DNA of 64,000 nt from Eledone cirrhosa. Its lineage: Eukaryota. The stretch covers positions 166,284,001 through 166,348,000 of the forward strand of contig OZ024742.1 in the NCBI GenBank assembly GCA_964016885.1, given 5' to 3'. How positions within the stretch are numbered: position 1 is the stretch's first letter; the number at the start of each line of letters is the position of its first letter. The notes under the pieces are model-generated. The model had not been told where the DNA came from and searched no databases. It saw only the letters and a program-made list of their open reading frames with translations. Shown here in pieces: positions 53,101 through 64,000 of this stretch. The translations under genes were made by a program, and so were the position numbers.

Positions 53101-54818
53101 AGGGGGAGATAATTTGTAAAAAAAATCAAGGGGAGATAATTTCCAGCCGTCCAAGGGGAGATAATTTTCAGCCGTCCAAGGGGAGATAATTTCCCGCCAG
53201 CCAAGGGAAGATAATATTTAAAAAATGAGGCGGAGATAATTTGTAAAAAAAAATCAGGGGTAGATAATTTGTAAAAAAAATCAGGGGGAGATAATTTGTA
53301 AAAAAAATCAAGGGGAGATAATTTCCAGCCGTCCAAGGAGAGATAATTTTTAAAAAAAATCAGGCGGAGATAATTTGTAAAAAAAAAATCAGGGGGAGAT
53401 AATTTGTAAAAAAAAATCAGGGGGAGATAATTTGTAAAAAAAATCAAGGGGAGATAATTTCCAGCCGTCCAAGGGGAGATAATTTTCAGCCGTCCAAGGG
53501 GAGATAATTTCCAGCCGTCCAAGGGGAGATAATTTAAAAAAAAAATCAGGCGGAGATAATTTGTAAAAAAAATCAAGGGGAGATAATTTGCAACCGTCCA
53601 AGGGGACATAATTTTCAGTCGTCCAAGTAGAGGTAATTTCTAGCCGTACAAGGGGAGATAATTTCCAGCCGTCCAAGGGGAGATAATTTCCAGCCGTCCA
53701 AGGGGAGATAATTTTTTTTTAAAAATCAGGCGGAGATAATTTGTAAAAAAAAAATCAGGGGGAGATAATTTGTAAAAAAAAATCAGGGGGAGATAATTTG
53801 TAAAAAAAAATCAGGGGGAGATAATTTCTAAAAAAATCAAGGGGAGATAATATGCAGCCGTCCAAGGGGAGATAATTTTCAGCCGTCCAAGGAGAGGTAA
53901 TTTCTAGCCGTCCAAGGGGAGATAATTTCCAGCCGTCCAAGGGGAGATAATTTCCAGCCGTCCAAGGGGAGATAGTTTTTTTAAAAAAATCAGGCGGAGA
54001 TAATTTGTAAAAAAAAAATCAGGGGGAGATAATTTGTAAAAAAAAATCAGGGGGAGATAATTTGTAAAAAAAAATCAGGGGGAGATAATTTGTAAAAAAA
54101 ATCAGGGGGAGATAATTAGTAAAAAAAATCAAGGGGAGATAATTTCCAGCCGTCCAAGGGGAGGTAATATCTAGCCGTCCAAGGGGAGATAATTTCCAGC
54201 CGTCCAAGGGGAGATAATTTCCAGCCGTCCAAGGGTAGATAATATCCAGCCGTCCAAGTAGACATATTTTCCAGCCGTCCAAGGAGAGGTAATTTCTAGC
54301 CGTCCAAGGGGAGATAAATTCCAGCCTCCAAGGGGAGATAATTTCCAGCCAGCCAAGGGGAGATAATTTGTAAAAAAAATCAGGGGGAGATAATTTGTAA
54401 AAAAAATCAGGGGGAGATAATTTGTAAAAAAAATCAGGGGGAGATAATTTCCAGCCGTCCAAGGGGAGATAATTTTCAGCCGTCCAAGGGGAGATAATTT
54501 CCCGCCAGCCAAGGGAAGATAATATTTAAAAAATGAGGCGGAGATAATTTGTAAAATAAATCAGGGGGAGATAATTTGTAAAAAAATCAGGGGGAGATAA
54601 TTTGTAAAAAAAAAATCAGGGGGAGATAATTTGTAAAAAAAATCAGGGGGAGATAATTTGTAAAAAAAAATCAGGGGTAGATAATTTTTAAAAAAAAATC
54701 AGGGGGAGATAATTTGTAAAAAAAATCAGGGGGAGATAATTTATAAAAAAAATCAAGGGGAGATAATTTCCAGCCGTCCAAGGGAAGATAATTTCAAGCC
54801 CTCCAAGGGGCTATAATT

Positions 54819-57800
54819 TCCAGTGTCCAAGGGGAGATAATTTCCAGCCAGCGAAGGGGAGATAATTTTTTTTTAAAAATCAGGGGGAGATTTGTAAAAA
54901 AAATCAGGGGGAGATAATTTGTAAAAAAAATCAAAGGGAGATAATTTCCAGCCGTCCAAAGAGATAATTTCTAGCCGTCCAAGGGGAGATAATTTCGAGC
55001 CAAGGGGAGATAATTTCCAGCCGTCCAAGGGGAGATAATTTTTAAAAAAATCAGGTGGAGATAATTTGTAAAAAAAATCAGGGGGAGATAATTTGTAAAA
55101 ACAAAATCAAGGGCAGATAATTTCCAGCTGTCCAAGGGGAGATAATTTCCAGCCGTGCAAGGGGAGATAATTTCCAGCCGTCCAAGGGGAGATAATTTCC
55201 ATCCTTCCAAGGGGAGATAATTTCCAGCCGTCCAAGGGGAGATAATTTCCCGCCAGCCAAGGGAAGATAATTTTTTAAAAAATCAGGCGGAGATTGTAAA
55301 AAAAATCAGGGGGAGATAATTTGTAAAAAAATCAGGGGGAGATAATTTGTAAAAAAATCAAGGGGAGATAATTTCCAGCTGTCCAAGGGGAGGTAATATC
55401 TAGCCGTCCAAGGGGAGATAATTTCCAGCCGTCCAAGGGGAGATAATTTCCAGCCGTCCAAGGGTAGATAATATCCAGCCGTCCAAGGAGACATATTTTC
55501 CAGCCGTCCAAGGAGAGGTAATTTCTAGCCGTCCAAGTGGAGATAAATTCCAGCCTCCAAGGGGAGATAATTTCCAGCCAGCCAAGGGGAGATAATTTGT
55601 AAAAAAATCAGGGGGAGATAATTTGTAAAAAAAATCAGGGGGAGATAATTTGTAAAAAAAAATCAGGGGGAGATAATTTGTAAAAAAAATCAGGGGGAGA
55701 TAATTTGTAAAAAAAATCAAGGGGAGATAATTTCCAGCCGTCCAAGGGGAGATAATTTTCAGCCGTCCAAGGGGAGATAATTTCCCGCCAGCCAAGGGAA
55801 GATAATATTTAAAAAATGAGGCGGAGATAACTTGTAAAAAAAAATCAGGGGTAGATAATTTGTAAAAAAAATCAGGGGGAGATAATTTGTAAAAAAAATC
55901 AAGGGGAGATAATTTCCAGCCGTCCAAGGAGAGATAATTTTTAAAAAAAATCAGGCGGAGATAATTTGTAAAAAAAAAATCAGGGGGAGATAATTTGTAA
56001 AAAAAAATCAGGGGGAGATAATTTGTAAAAAAAATCAAGGGGAGATAATTTCCAGCCGTCCAAGGGGAGATAATTTTCAGCCGTCCAAGGGGAGATAATT
56101 TCCAGCCGTCCAAGGGGAGATAATTTAAAAAAAAAATCAGGCGGAGATAATTTGTAAAAAAAATCAAGGGGAGATAATTTGCAACCGTCCAAGGGGACAT
56201 AATTTTCAGTCGTCCAAGGAGAGGTAATTTCTAGCCGTACAAGGGGAGATAATTTCCAGCCGTCCAAGGGGAGATAATTTCCAGCCGTCCAAGGGGAGAT
56301 AATTTTTTTTTAAAAATCAGGCGGAGATAATTTGTAAAAAAAAAATCAGGGGGAGATAATTTGTAAAAAAAAATCAGGGGGAGATAATTTGTAAAAAAAA
56401 ATCAGGGGGAGATAATTTGTAAAAAAAATCAAGGGGAGATAATTTCCAGCCGTCCAAGGGAAGATAATTTCCAGCCCTCCAAGGGGCTATAATTTCCAGC
56501 GTCCAAGGGGAGATAATTTCCAGCCAGCGAAGGGGAGATAATTGTTTTAAAAAAATCATTGGGAGATTTGTAAAAAAAATCAGGGGGAGATAATTAATAA
56601 AAAAAATCAAGGGGAGATAATTTCCAGCCGTCCAAGGGGAGGTAATATCTAGCCGTCCAAGGGGAGATAATTTCCAGCCGTCCAAGGGGAGATAATTTCC
56701 AGCCGTCCAAGGGTAGATAATATCCAGCCGTCCAAGGAGACATATTTTCCAGCCGTCCAAGGAGAGGTAATTTCTAGCCGTCCAAGGGGAGATAAATTCC
56801 AGCCTCCAAGGGGAGATAATTTCCAGCCAGCCAAGGGGAGATAATTTGTAAAAAAATCAGGGGGAGATAATTTGTAAAAAAAATCAGGGGTAGATAATTT
56901 GTAAAAAAAAATCAGGGGGAGATAATTTGTAAAAAAAAATCAGGGGGAGATAATTTGTAAAAAAAATCAAGGGGAGATAATTTCCAGCCGTCCAAGGAGA
57001 GAAAATTTAAAAAAAAAATCAGGCGGAGATAATTTGTAAAAAAAAATCAGGGGGAGATAATTTGTAAAAAAAAATCAGGGGAAGATAATTTGTAAAAAAA
57101 ATCAAGGGGAGATAATTTCCAGCCGTCCAAGGGGAGATAATTTCCAGCCGTCCAAGGGGAGATAATTTTTTAAAAAAAATCAGGCGGAGATAATTTGTAA
57201 AAAAAATCAGGGGGAGATAATTTGTAAAAAAAAATCAGGGGGAGATAATTTGTAAAAAAAAATCAGGGGGAGATAATTTCCAGCCGTCCAAGGTAAGATA
57301 ATTTCCAGCCCTCCAAGGGGCTATAATTTCCAGCCGTCCAAGGGTAGATAATATCCAGCCGTCCAAGTAGACATATTTTCCAGCCGTTCAAGGAGAGGTA
57401 ATTTCTAGCCGTCCAAGGGGAGATAAATTCCAGCCTCCAAGGGGAGATAATTTCCAGCCAGCCAAGGGGAGATAATTTGTAAAAAAATCAGGGGGAGATA
57501 ATTTGTAAAAAAAATCAGGGGGAGATAATTTGTAAAAAAAAATCAGGGGGAGATAATTTGTAAAAAAAAATCAGGGGGAGATAATTTGTAAAAAAAAATC
57601 AGGGGGAGATAATTTGTAAAAAAATCAAGGGGAGATAATTTCCAGCCGTCCAAGGGGAGATAATTTTCAGCCGTCCAAGGGGAGATAATTTCCAGCCGTC
57701 CAAGGGGAGATAATTTCCATCCTTCCAAGGGGAGATAATTTCCAGCCGTCCAAGGGGAGATAATTTTCAGCCGTCCAAGGGGAGATAATTTCCCGCCAGC

Positions 57801-60800
57801 CAAGGGAAGATAATATTTTAAAAAATCAGGCGGAGATAATTTGTAAAAAAAATCAGGGGGAGATAATTTGTAAAAAAATCAGGGGGAGATAATTTGTAAA
57901 AAAAAAATCAGGGGGAGATAATTTGTAAAAAAAATCAGGGGGAGATAATTTGTAAAAAAAAATCAGGGGTAGATAATTTGTAAAAAAAAATCAGGGGGAG
58001 ATAATTTGTAAAAAAAAATCAGGGGGAGATAATTTGTAAAAAAAATCAGGGGGAGATAATTTGTAAAAAAAAATCAGGGGGAGATATTTTCCGGCCGTCC
58101 AAGGGGAGATAATTTTCAGCCGTCCAAGGGGAGATAATTTCCCGCCAGCCAAGGGAAGATAATATTTAAAAAAATCAGGCGGAGATAATTTGTAAAAAAA
58201 ATCAGGGGGAGATAATTTGTAAAAAAATCAGGGGGAGATAATTTGTAAAAAAAATCAAGGGGAGATAATTTCCAGCCGTCCAAGGGGAGGTAATATCTAG
58301 CCGTCCAAGGGGAGATAATTTCCAGCCGTCCAAGTGGAGATAATTTCCAGCCGTCCAAGGGTAGATAATATCCAGCCGTCCAAGGAGACATATTTTCCAG
58401 CCGTCCAAGGAGAGGTAATTTCTAGCCGTCCAAGGGGAGATAAATTCCAGCCTCCAAGGGGAGATAATTTCCAGCCAGCCAAGGGGAGATAATTTGTAAA
58501 AAAAATCAGGGGGAGATAATTTGTAAAAAAAATCAGGGGGAGATAATTTGTAAAAAAATCAGGGGGAGATAATTTGTAAAAAAAAAATCAGGGGGAGATA
58601 ATTTGTAAAAAAAATCAGGGGGAGATGATTTGTAAAAAAAAATCAGGGGTAGATAATTTGTAAAAAAAAATCAGGGGGTGATAATTTGTAAAAAAAAATC
58701 AGGGGGAGATAATTTGTAAAAAAAATCAAGGGGAGATAATTTCCAGCCGTCGAAGGGAAGATAATTTCCAGCCCTCCAAGGGGCTATAATTTCCAGCGTC
58801 CAAGGGGAGATAATTTCCAGCCGTCCAAGGGGAGATAATTTCCAGCCGTCCAAGGGTAGATAATATCCAGCCGTCCAAGTAGACATTTTCCAGCCGTCCA
58901 AGGAGAGGTAATTTCTAGCCGTCCAAGGGGAGATAAATTCCAGCCTCCAAGGGGAGATAATTTCCAGCCAGCCAAGGGGAGATAATTTGTAAAAAAATCA
59001 GGGGGAGATAATTTGTAAAAAAAATCAGGGGGAGATAATTTGTAAAAAAAAATCAGGGGGAGATAATTTGTAAAAACAATCAGGGGGAGATAATTTGTAA
59101 AAAAAATCAGGGGGAGATAATTTGTAAAAAAAATCAAGGGGAGATAATTTCCAGCCGTCCAAGGGGAGATAATTTTCAGCCGTCCAAGGGGAGATAATTT
59201 CCAGCCGTCCAAGGGGAGATAATTTCCATCCTTCCAAGGGGAGATAATTTCCAGCCGTCCAAGGGGAGATAATTTTCAGCCGTCCAAGGGGAGATAATTT
59301 CCCGCCAGCCAAGGGAAGATAATATTTTAAAAAATCAGGCGGAGATAATTTGTAAAAAAAATCAGGGGGAGATAATTTGTAAAAAAATCAGGGGGAGATA
59401 ATTTGTAAAAAAAAAATCAGGGGGAGATAATTTGTAAAAAAAATCAGGGGGAGATAATTTGTAAAAAAAAATCAGGGGTAGATAATTTGTAAAAAAAAAT
59501 CAGGGGGAGATAATTTGTAAAAAAAAAATCAGGGGGAGATAATTTGTAAAAAAAATGAAGGGGAGATAATTTCCAGCCGTCCAAGGAGAGATAATTTTTA
59601 AAAAAAATCAGGCGGAGATAATTTGTAAAAAAAAATCAAGGGGAGATAATTTGTAAAAAAAAATCAAGGGGAGATAATTTGTAAAAAAAATCAAGGGGAG
59701 ATAATTTCCAGCCGTCCAAGGGAAGATAATTTCCAGCACTCCAAGGGGCTATAATTTCCAGTGTCCAAGGGGAGATAATTTCCAGCCAGCGAAGGGGAGA
59801 TAATTTTTTTAAAAAAATCAGGGGGAGATATGTAAAAAAAATCAGAGGGAGATAATTTCTAAAAAAAATCAAAGGGAGATAATTTCCAGCCGTCCAAAGA
59901 GAGATAATTTCTAGCCGTCCAAGGGGAGATAATTTCCAGCCAAGGGGAGATAATTTCCAGCCGTCCAAGGGGAGATAATTATTTAAAAAATCAGGTGGAG
60001 ATAATTTGTAAAAAAAATCAGGGGGAGATAATTTGTAAAAACAAAATCAAGGGCAGATAATTTCCAGCTGTCCAAGGGGAGATAATTTCCAGCCGTGCAA
60101 GGGGAGATAATTTCCAGCCGTCCAAGGGGAGATAATTTCCATCCTTCCAAGGGGAGATAATGTCCAGCCGTCCAAGGGGAGATAATTTCCCGCCAGCCAA
60201 GGGAAGATAATTTTTAAAAAAATCAGGCGGAGATTGTAAAAAAAATCAGGGGGAGATAATTTGTAAAAAAAAAATCAGGGGGAGATAATTTGTAAAAAAA
60301 ATCAGTGGTAGATAATTTGTAAAAAAAAATCAGGGGGAGATAATTTGTAAAAAAAAATCAGGGGGAGATAATTTCTAAAGAAATCAAGGGGAGATAATAT
60401 GCAGCCGTCCAAGGGGAGATAATTTTCAGCCGTCCAAGGAGAGGTAATTTCTAGCCGTCCAAGGGGAGATAATTTCCAGCCGTCCAAGGGGAGATAATTT
60501 CCAGCCGTCCAAGGGGAGGTAATATCTAGCCGTCCAAGGGGAGATAATTTCCAGCCGTCCAAGGGGAGATAATTTCCAGCCGTCCAAGGGTAGATAATAT
60601 CCAGCCGTCCAAGTAGACATATTTTCCAGCCGTCCAAGGAGAGGTAATTTCTAGCCGTCCAAGGGGAGATAAATTCCAGCCTCCAAGGGGAGATAATTTC
60701 CAGCCAGCCAAGGGGAGATAATTTGTAAAAAAAATCAGGGGGAGATAATTTGTAAAAAAAATCAGGGGGAGATAATTTGTAAAAAAAATCAGGGGGAGAT

Positions 60801-63800
60801 AATTTCCAGCCGTCCAAGGGGAGATAATTTTCAGCCGTCCAAGGGGAGATAATTTCCCGCCAGCCAAGGGAAGATAATATTTAAAAAATGAGGCGGAGAT
60901 AATTTGTAAAATAAATCAGGGGGAGATAATTTGTAAAAAAATCAGGGGGAGATAATTTGTAAAAAAAAAATCAGGGGGAGATAATTTGTAAAAAAAATCA
61001 GGGGGAGATAATTTGTAAAAAAAATCAGGGGTAGATAATTTTTAAAAAAAAATCAGGGGGAGATAATTTGTAAAAAAAATCAGGGGGAGATAATTTATAA
61101 AAAAAATCAAGGGGAGATAATTTCCAGCCGTCCAAGGGAAGATAATTTCAAGCCCTCCAAGGGGCTATAATTTCCAGTGTCCAAGGGGAGATAATTTCCA
61201 GCCAGCGAAGGGGAGATAATTTTTTTTTAAAAATCAGGGGGAGATTTGTAAAAAAAATCATGGGGAGATAATTTGTAAAAAAAATCAAAGGGAGATAATT
61301 TCCAGCCGTCCAAAGAGATAATTTCTAGCCGTCCAAGGGGAGATAATTTCGAGCCAAGGGGAGATAATTTCCAGCCGTCCAAGGGGAGATAATTTTTTAA
61401 AAAATCAGGTGGAGATAATTTGTAAAAAAAATCAGGGGGAGATAATTTGTAAAAACAAAATCAAGGGCAGATAATTTCCAGCTGTCCAAGGGGAGATAAT
61501 TTCCAGCCGTGCAAGGGGAGATAATTTCCAGCCGTCCAAGGGGAGATAATTTCCATCCTTCCAAGGGGAGATAATTTCCAGCCGTCCAAGGGGAGATAAT
61601 TTCCCGCCAGCCAAGGGAAGATAATTTTTTAAAAAATCAGGCGGAGATTGTAAAAAAAATCAGGGGGAGATAATTTGTAAAAAAATCAGGGGGAGATAAT
61701 TTGTAAAAAAATCAAGGGGAGATAATTTCCAGCTGTCCAAGGGGAGGTAATATCTAGCCGTCCAAGGGGAGATAATTTCCAGCCGTCCAAGGGGAGATAA
61801 TTTCCAGCCGTCCAAGGGTAGATAATATCCAGCCGTCCAAGGAGACATATTTTCCAGCCGTCCAAGGAGAGGTAATTTCTAGCCGTCCAAGTGGAGATAA
61901 ATTCCAGCCTCCAAGGGGAGATAATTTCCAGCCAGCCAAGGGGAGATAATTTGTAAAAAAATCAGGGGGAGATAATTTGTAAAAAAAATCAGGGGGAGAT
62001 AATTTGTAAAAAAAAATCAGGGGGAGATAATTTGTAAAAAAAATCAGGGGGAGATAATTTGTAAAAAAAATCAAGGGGAGATAATTTCCAGCCGTCCAAG
62101 GGGAGATAATTTTCAGCCGTCCAAGGGGAGATAATTTCCCGCCAGCCAAGGGAAGATAATATTTAAAAAATGAGGCGGAGATAATTTGTAAAAAAATCAA
62201 GGGGAGATAATTTCCAGCTGTCCAAGGGGAGGTAATATCTAGCCGTCCAAGGGGAGATAATTTCCAGCCGTCCAAGGGGAGATAATTTCCAGCCGTCCAA
62301 GGGTAGATAATATCCAGCCGTCCAAGGAGACATATTTTCCAGCCGTCCAAGGAGAGGTAATTTCTAGCCGTCCAAGGGGAGATAATTTCCAGCCGTCCAA
62401 GGGGAGATAATTTAAAAAAAAATCAGGCGGAGATAATTTGTAAAAAAAATCAAGGGGAGATAATTTGCAACCGTCCAAGGGGACATAATTTTCAGTCGTC
62501 CAAGGAGAGGTAATTTCTAGCCGTACAAGGGGAGATAATTTCCAGCCGTCCAAGGGGAGATAATTTCCAGCCGTCCAAGGGGAGATAATTTTTTTTTAAA
62601 AATCAGGCGGAGATAATTTGTAAAAAAAAAATCAGGGGGAGATAATTTGTAAAAAAAAATCAGGGGGAGATAATTTGTAAAAAAAAATCAGGGGGAGATA
62701 ATTTGTAAAAAAAATCAAGGGGAGATAATTTCCAGCCGTCCAAGGGAAGATAATTTCCAGCCCTCCAAGGGGCTATGATTTCCAGCGTCCAAGGGGAGAT
62801 AATTTCCAGCCAGCGAAGGGGAGATAATTGTTTTAAAAAAATCATTGGGAGATTTGTAAAAAAAATCAGGGGGAGATAATTAATAAAAAAAATCAAGGGG
62901 AGATAATTTCCAGCCGTCCAAGGGGAGGTAATATCTAGCCGTCCAAGGGGAGATAATTTCCAGCCGTCCAAGGGGAGATAATTTCCAGCCGTCCAAGGGT
63001 AGATAATATCCAGCCGTCCAAGGAGACATATTTTCCCGCCGTCCAAGGAAAGGTAATTTCTAGCCGTCCAAGGGGAGATAAATTCCAGCCTCCAAGGGGA
63101 GATAATTTCCAGCCAGCCAAGGGGAGATAATTTGTAAAAAAATCAGGGGGAGATAATTTGTAAAAAAAATCAGGGGTAGATAATTTGTAAAAAAAAATCA
63201 GGGGGAGATAATTTGTAAAAAAAAATCAGGGGGAGATAATTTGTAAAAAAAATCAAGGGGAGATAATTTCCAGCCGTCCAAGGAGAGATAATTTAAAAAA
63301 AAAATCAGGCGGAGATAATTTGTAAAAAAAAATCAGGGGGAGATAATTTGGAAAAAAAAATCAGGGGGAGATAATTTGTAAAAAAAATCAAGGGGAGATA
63401 ATTTCCAGCCGTCCAAGGGGAGATAATTTCCAGCCGTCCAAGGGGAGATAATTTTTTAAAAAAAATCAGGCGGAGATAATTTGTAAAAAAAATCAGGGAG
63501 AGATAATTTGTAAAAAAAAATCAGGGGGAGATAATTTGTAAAAAAAAATCAGGGGGAGATAATTTCCAGCCGTCCAAGGTAAGATAATTTCCAGCCCTCC
63601 AAGGGGCTATAATTTCCAGCCGTCCAAGGGTAGATAATATCCAGCCGTCCAAGTAGACATATTTTCCAGCCGTTCAAGGAGAGGTAATTTCTAGCCGTCC
63701 AAGGGGAGATAAATTCCAGCCTCCAAGGGGAGATAATTTCCAGCCAGCCAAGGGGAGATAATTTGTAAAAAAATCAGGGGGAGATAATTTGTAAAAAAAA

Positions 63801-64000
63801 TCAGGGGGAGATAATTTGTAAAAAAAAATCAGGGGGAGATAATTTGTAAAAAAAAATCAGGGGGAGATAATTTGTAAAAAAAAATCAGGGGGAGATAATT
63901 TGTAAAAAAAATCAAGGGGAGATAATTTCCAGCCGTCCAAGGGGAGATAATTTTCAGCCGTCCAAGGGGAGATAATTTCCAGCCGTCCAAGGGGAGATAA
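54819..64000 (+). repeat. Super-repeat copy 3 (partial), nearly identical to 26465-35645
   Basis: Constant offset of 28354/28355 for every ORF-track landmark (26617/54971 through 34580/62935). Shares private markers TAAAGAAATC, ATCATGGGG, GGCTATGAT and AAGGAAAGG. Confidence 0.93.

Larger units (their letters stand above)
1..64000 (+). repeat. Composite tandem satellite array of two related monomers (25-bp A, 26-29-bp B), head-to-tail, running off both window ends
   Basis: The core GGGGAGATAATTT or a close variant recurs every ~21-29 bp from start to end (roughly 2,400 monomers, estimated as 64000/~26). No unique sequence or strand switch seen. Confidence 0.99.

Noticed and set aside
153-63120. 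All minus-strand ORFs (60-266 aa; LDGWKLSPLGRLEIISPWTAGNYLP and FFYKLSPPD repeats)
   Set aside because: The reverse complement of monomer A has no stop codon in any frame and that of B has a single TGA, so open frames are automatic. Three 25-bp units cycle through all frames to give the 25-aa pseudo-repeat. Starts are mostly TTG from CCAA, frames overlap, and A-run length changes shift the frame freely.
1-64000. CRISPR-like pattern of a constant repeat plus variable spacer
   Set aside because: The 'spacers' are only ~9-13 bp, come in two recurring types rather than being unique, and there is no leader or cas gene.
1-64000. Whole array as a sequencing or assembly artefact, or synthetic sequence
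   Set aside because: Nested shared variants, conserved homopolymer patterns and private SNPs fit a real duplication history. Exact copy numbers still need read validation.

Overview
The whole 64 kb window is one uninterrupted, single-orientation tandem satellite array. I found no credible genes, RNA genes, transposons or CRISPR locus. It is built from two related monomers sharing the core GGGGAGATAATTT: type A, 25 bp, GGGGAGATAATTTCCAGCCGTCCAA (52% GC), and type B, 26-29 bp, GGGGGAGATAATTTGT(A)7-10TCA (30% GC for the A8 form). The two types alternate in short homogeneous blocks joined by stereotyped junction units. Variant monomers reveal nested higher-order structure: ~100-225 bp cassettes, ~4.0-4.3 kb and ~6.1-6.35 kb higher-order repeats (HORs), and a ~26-28 kb super-repeat (about 2.4 copies here) with traceable deletion and recombination junctions. 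All listed ORFs are translation artefacts of the stop-poor minus strand. The architecture fits eukaryotic centromeric, pericentromeric or subtelomeric satellite DNA, but I do not recognise the family, and neither organism nor function can be determined from the sequence alone. Offsets come from the ORF track and spot-checks by eye, so HOR boundaries are approximate.
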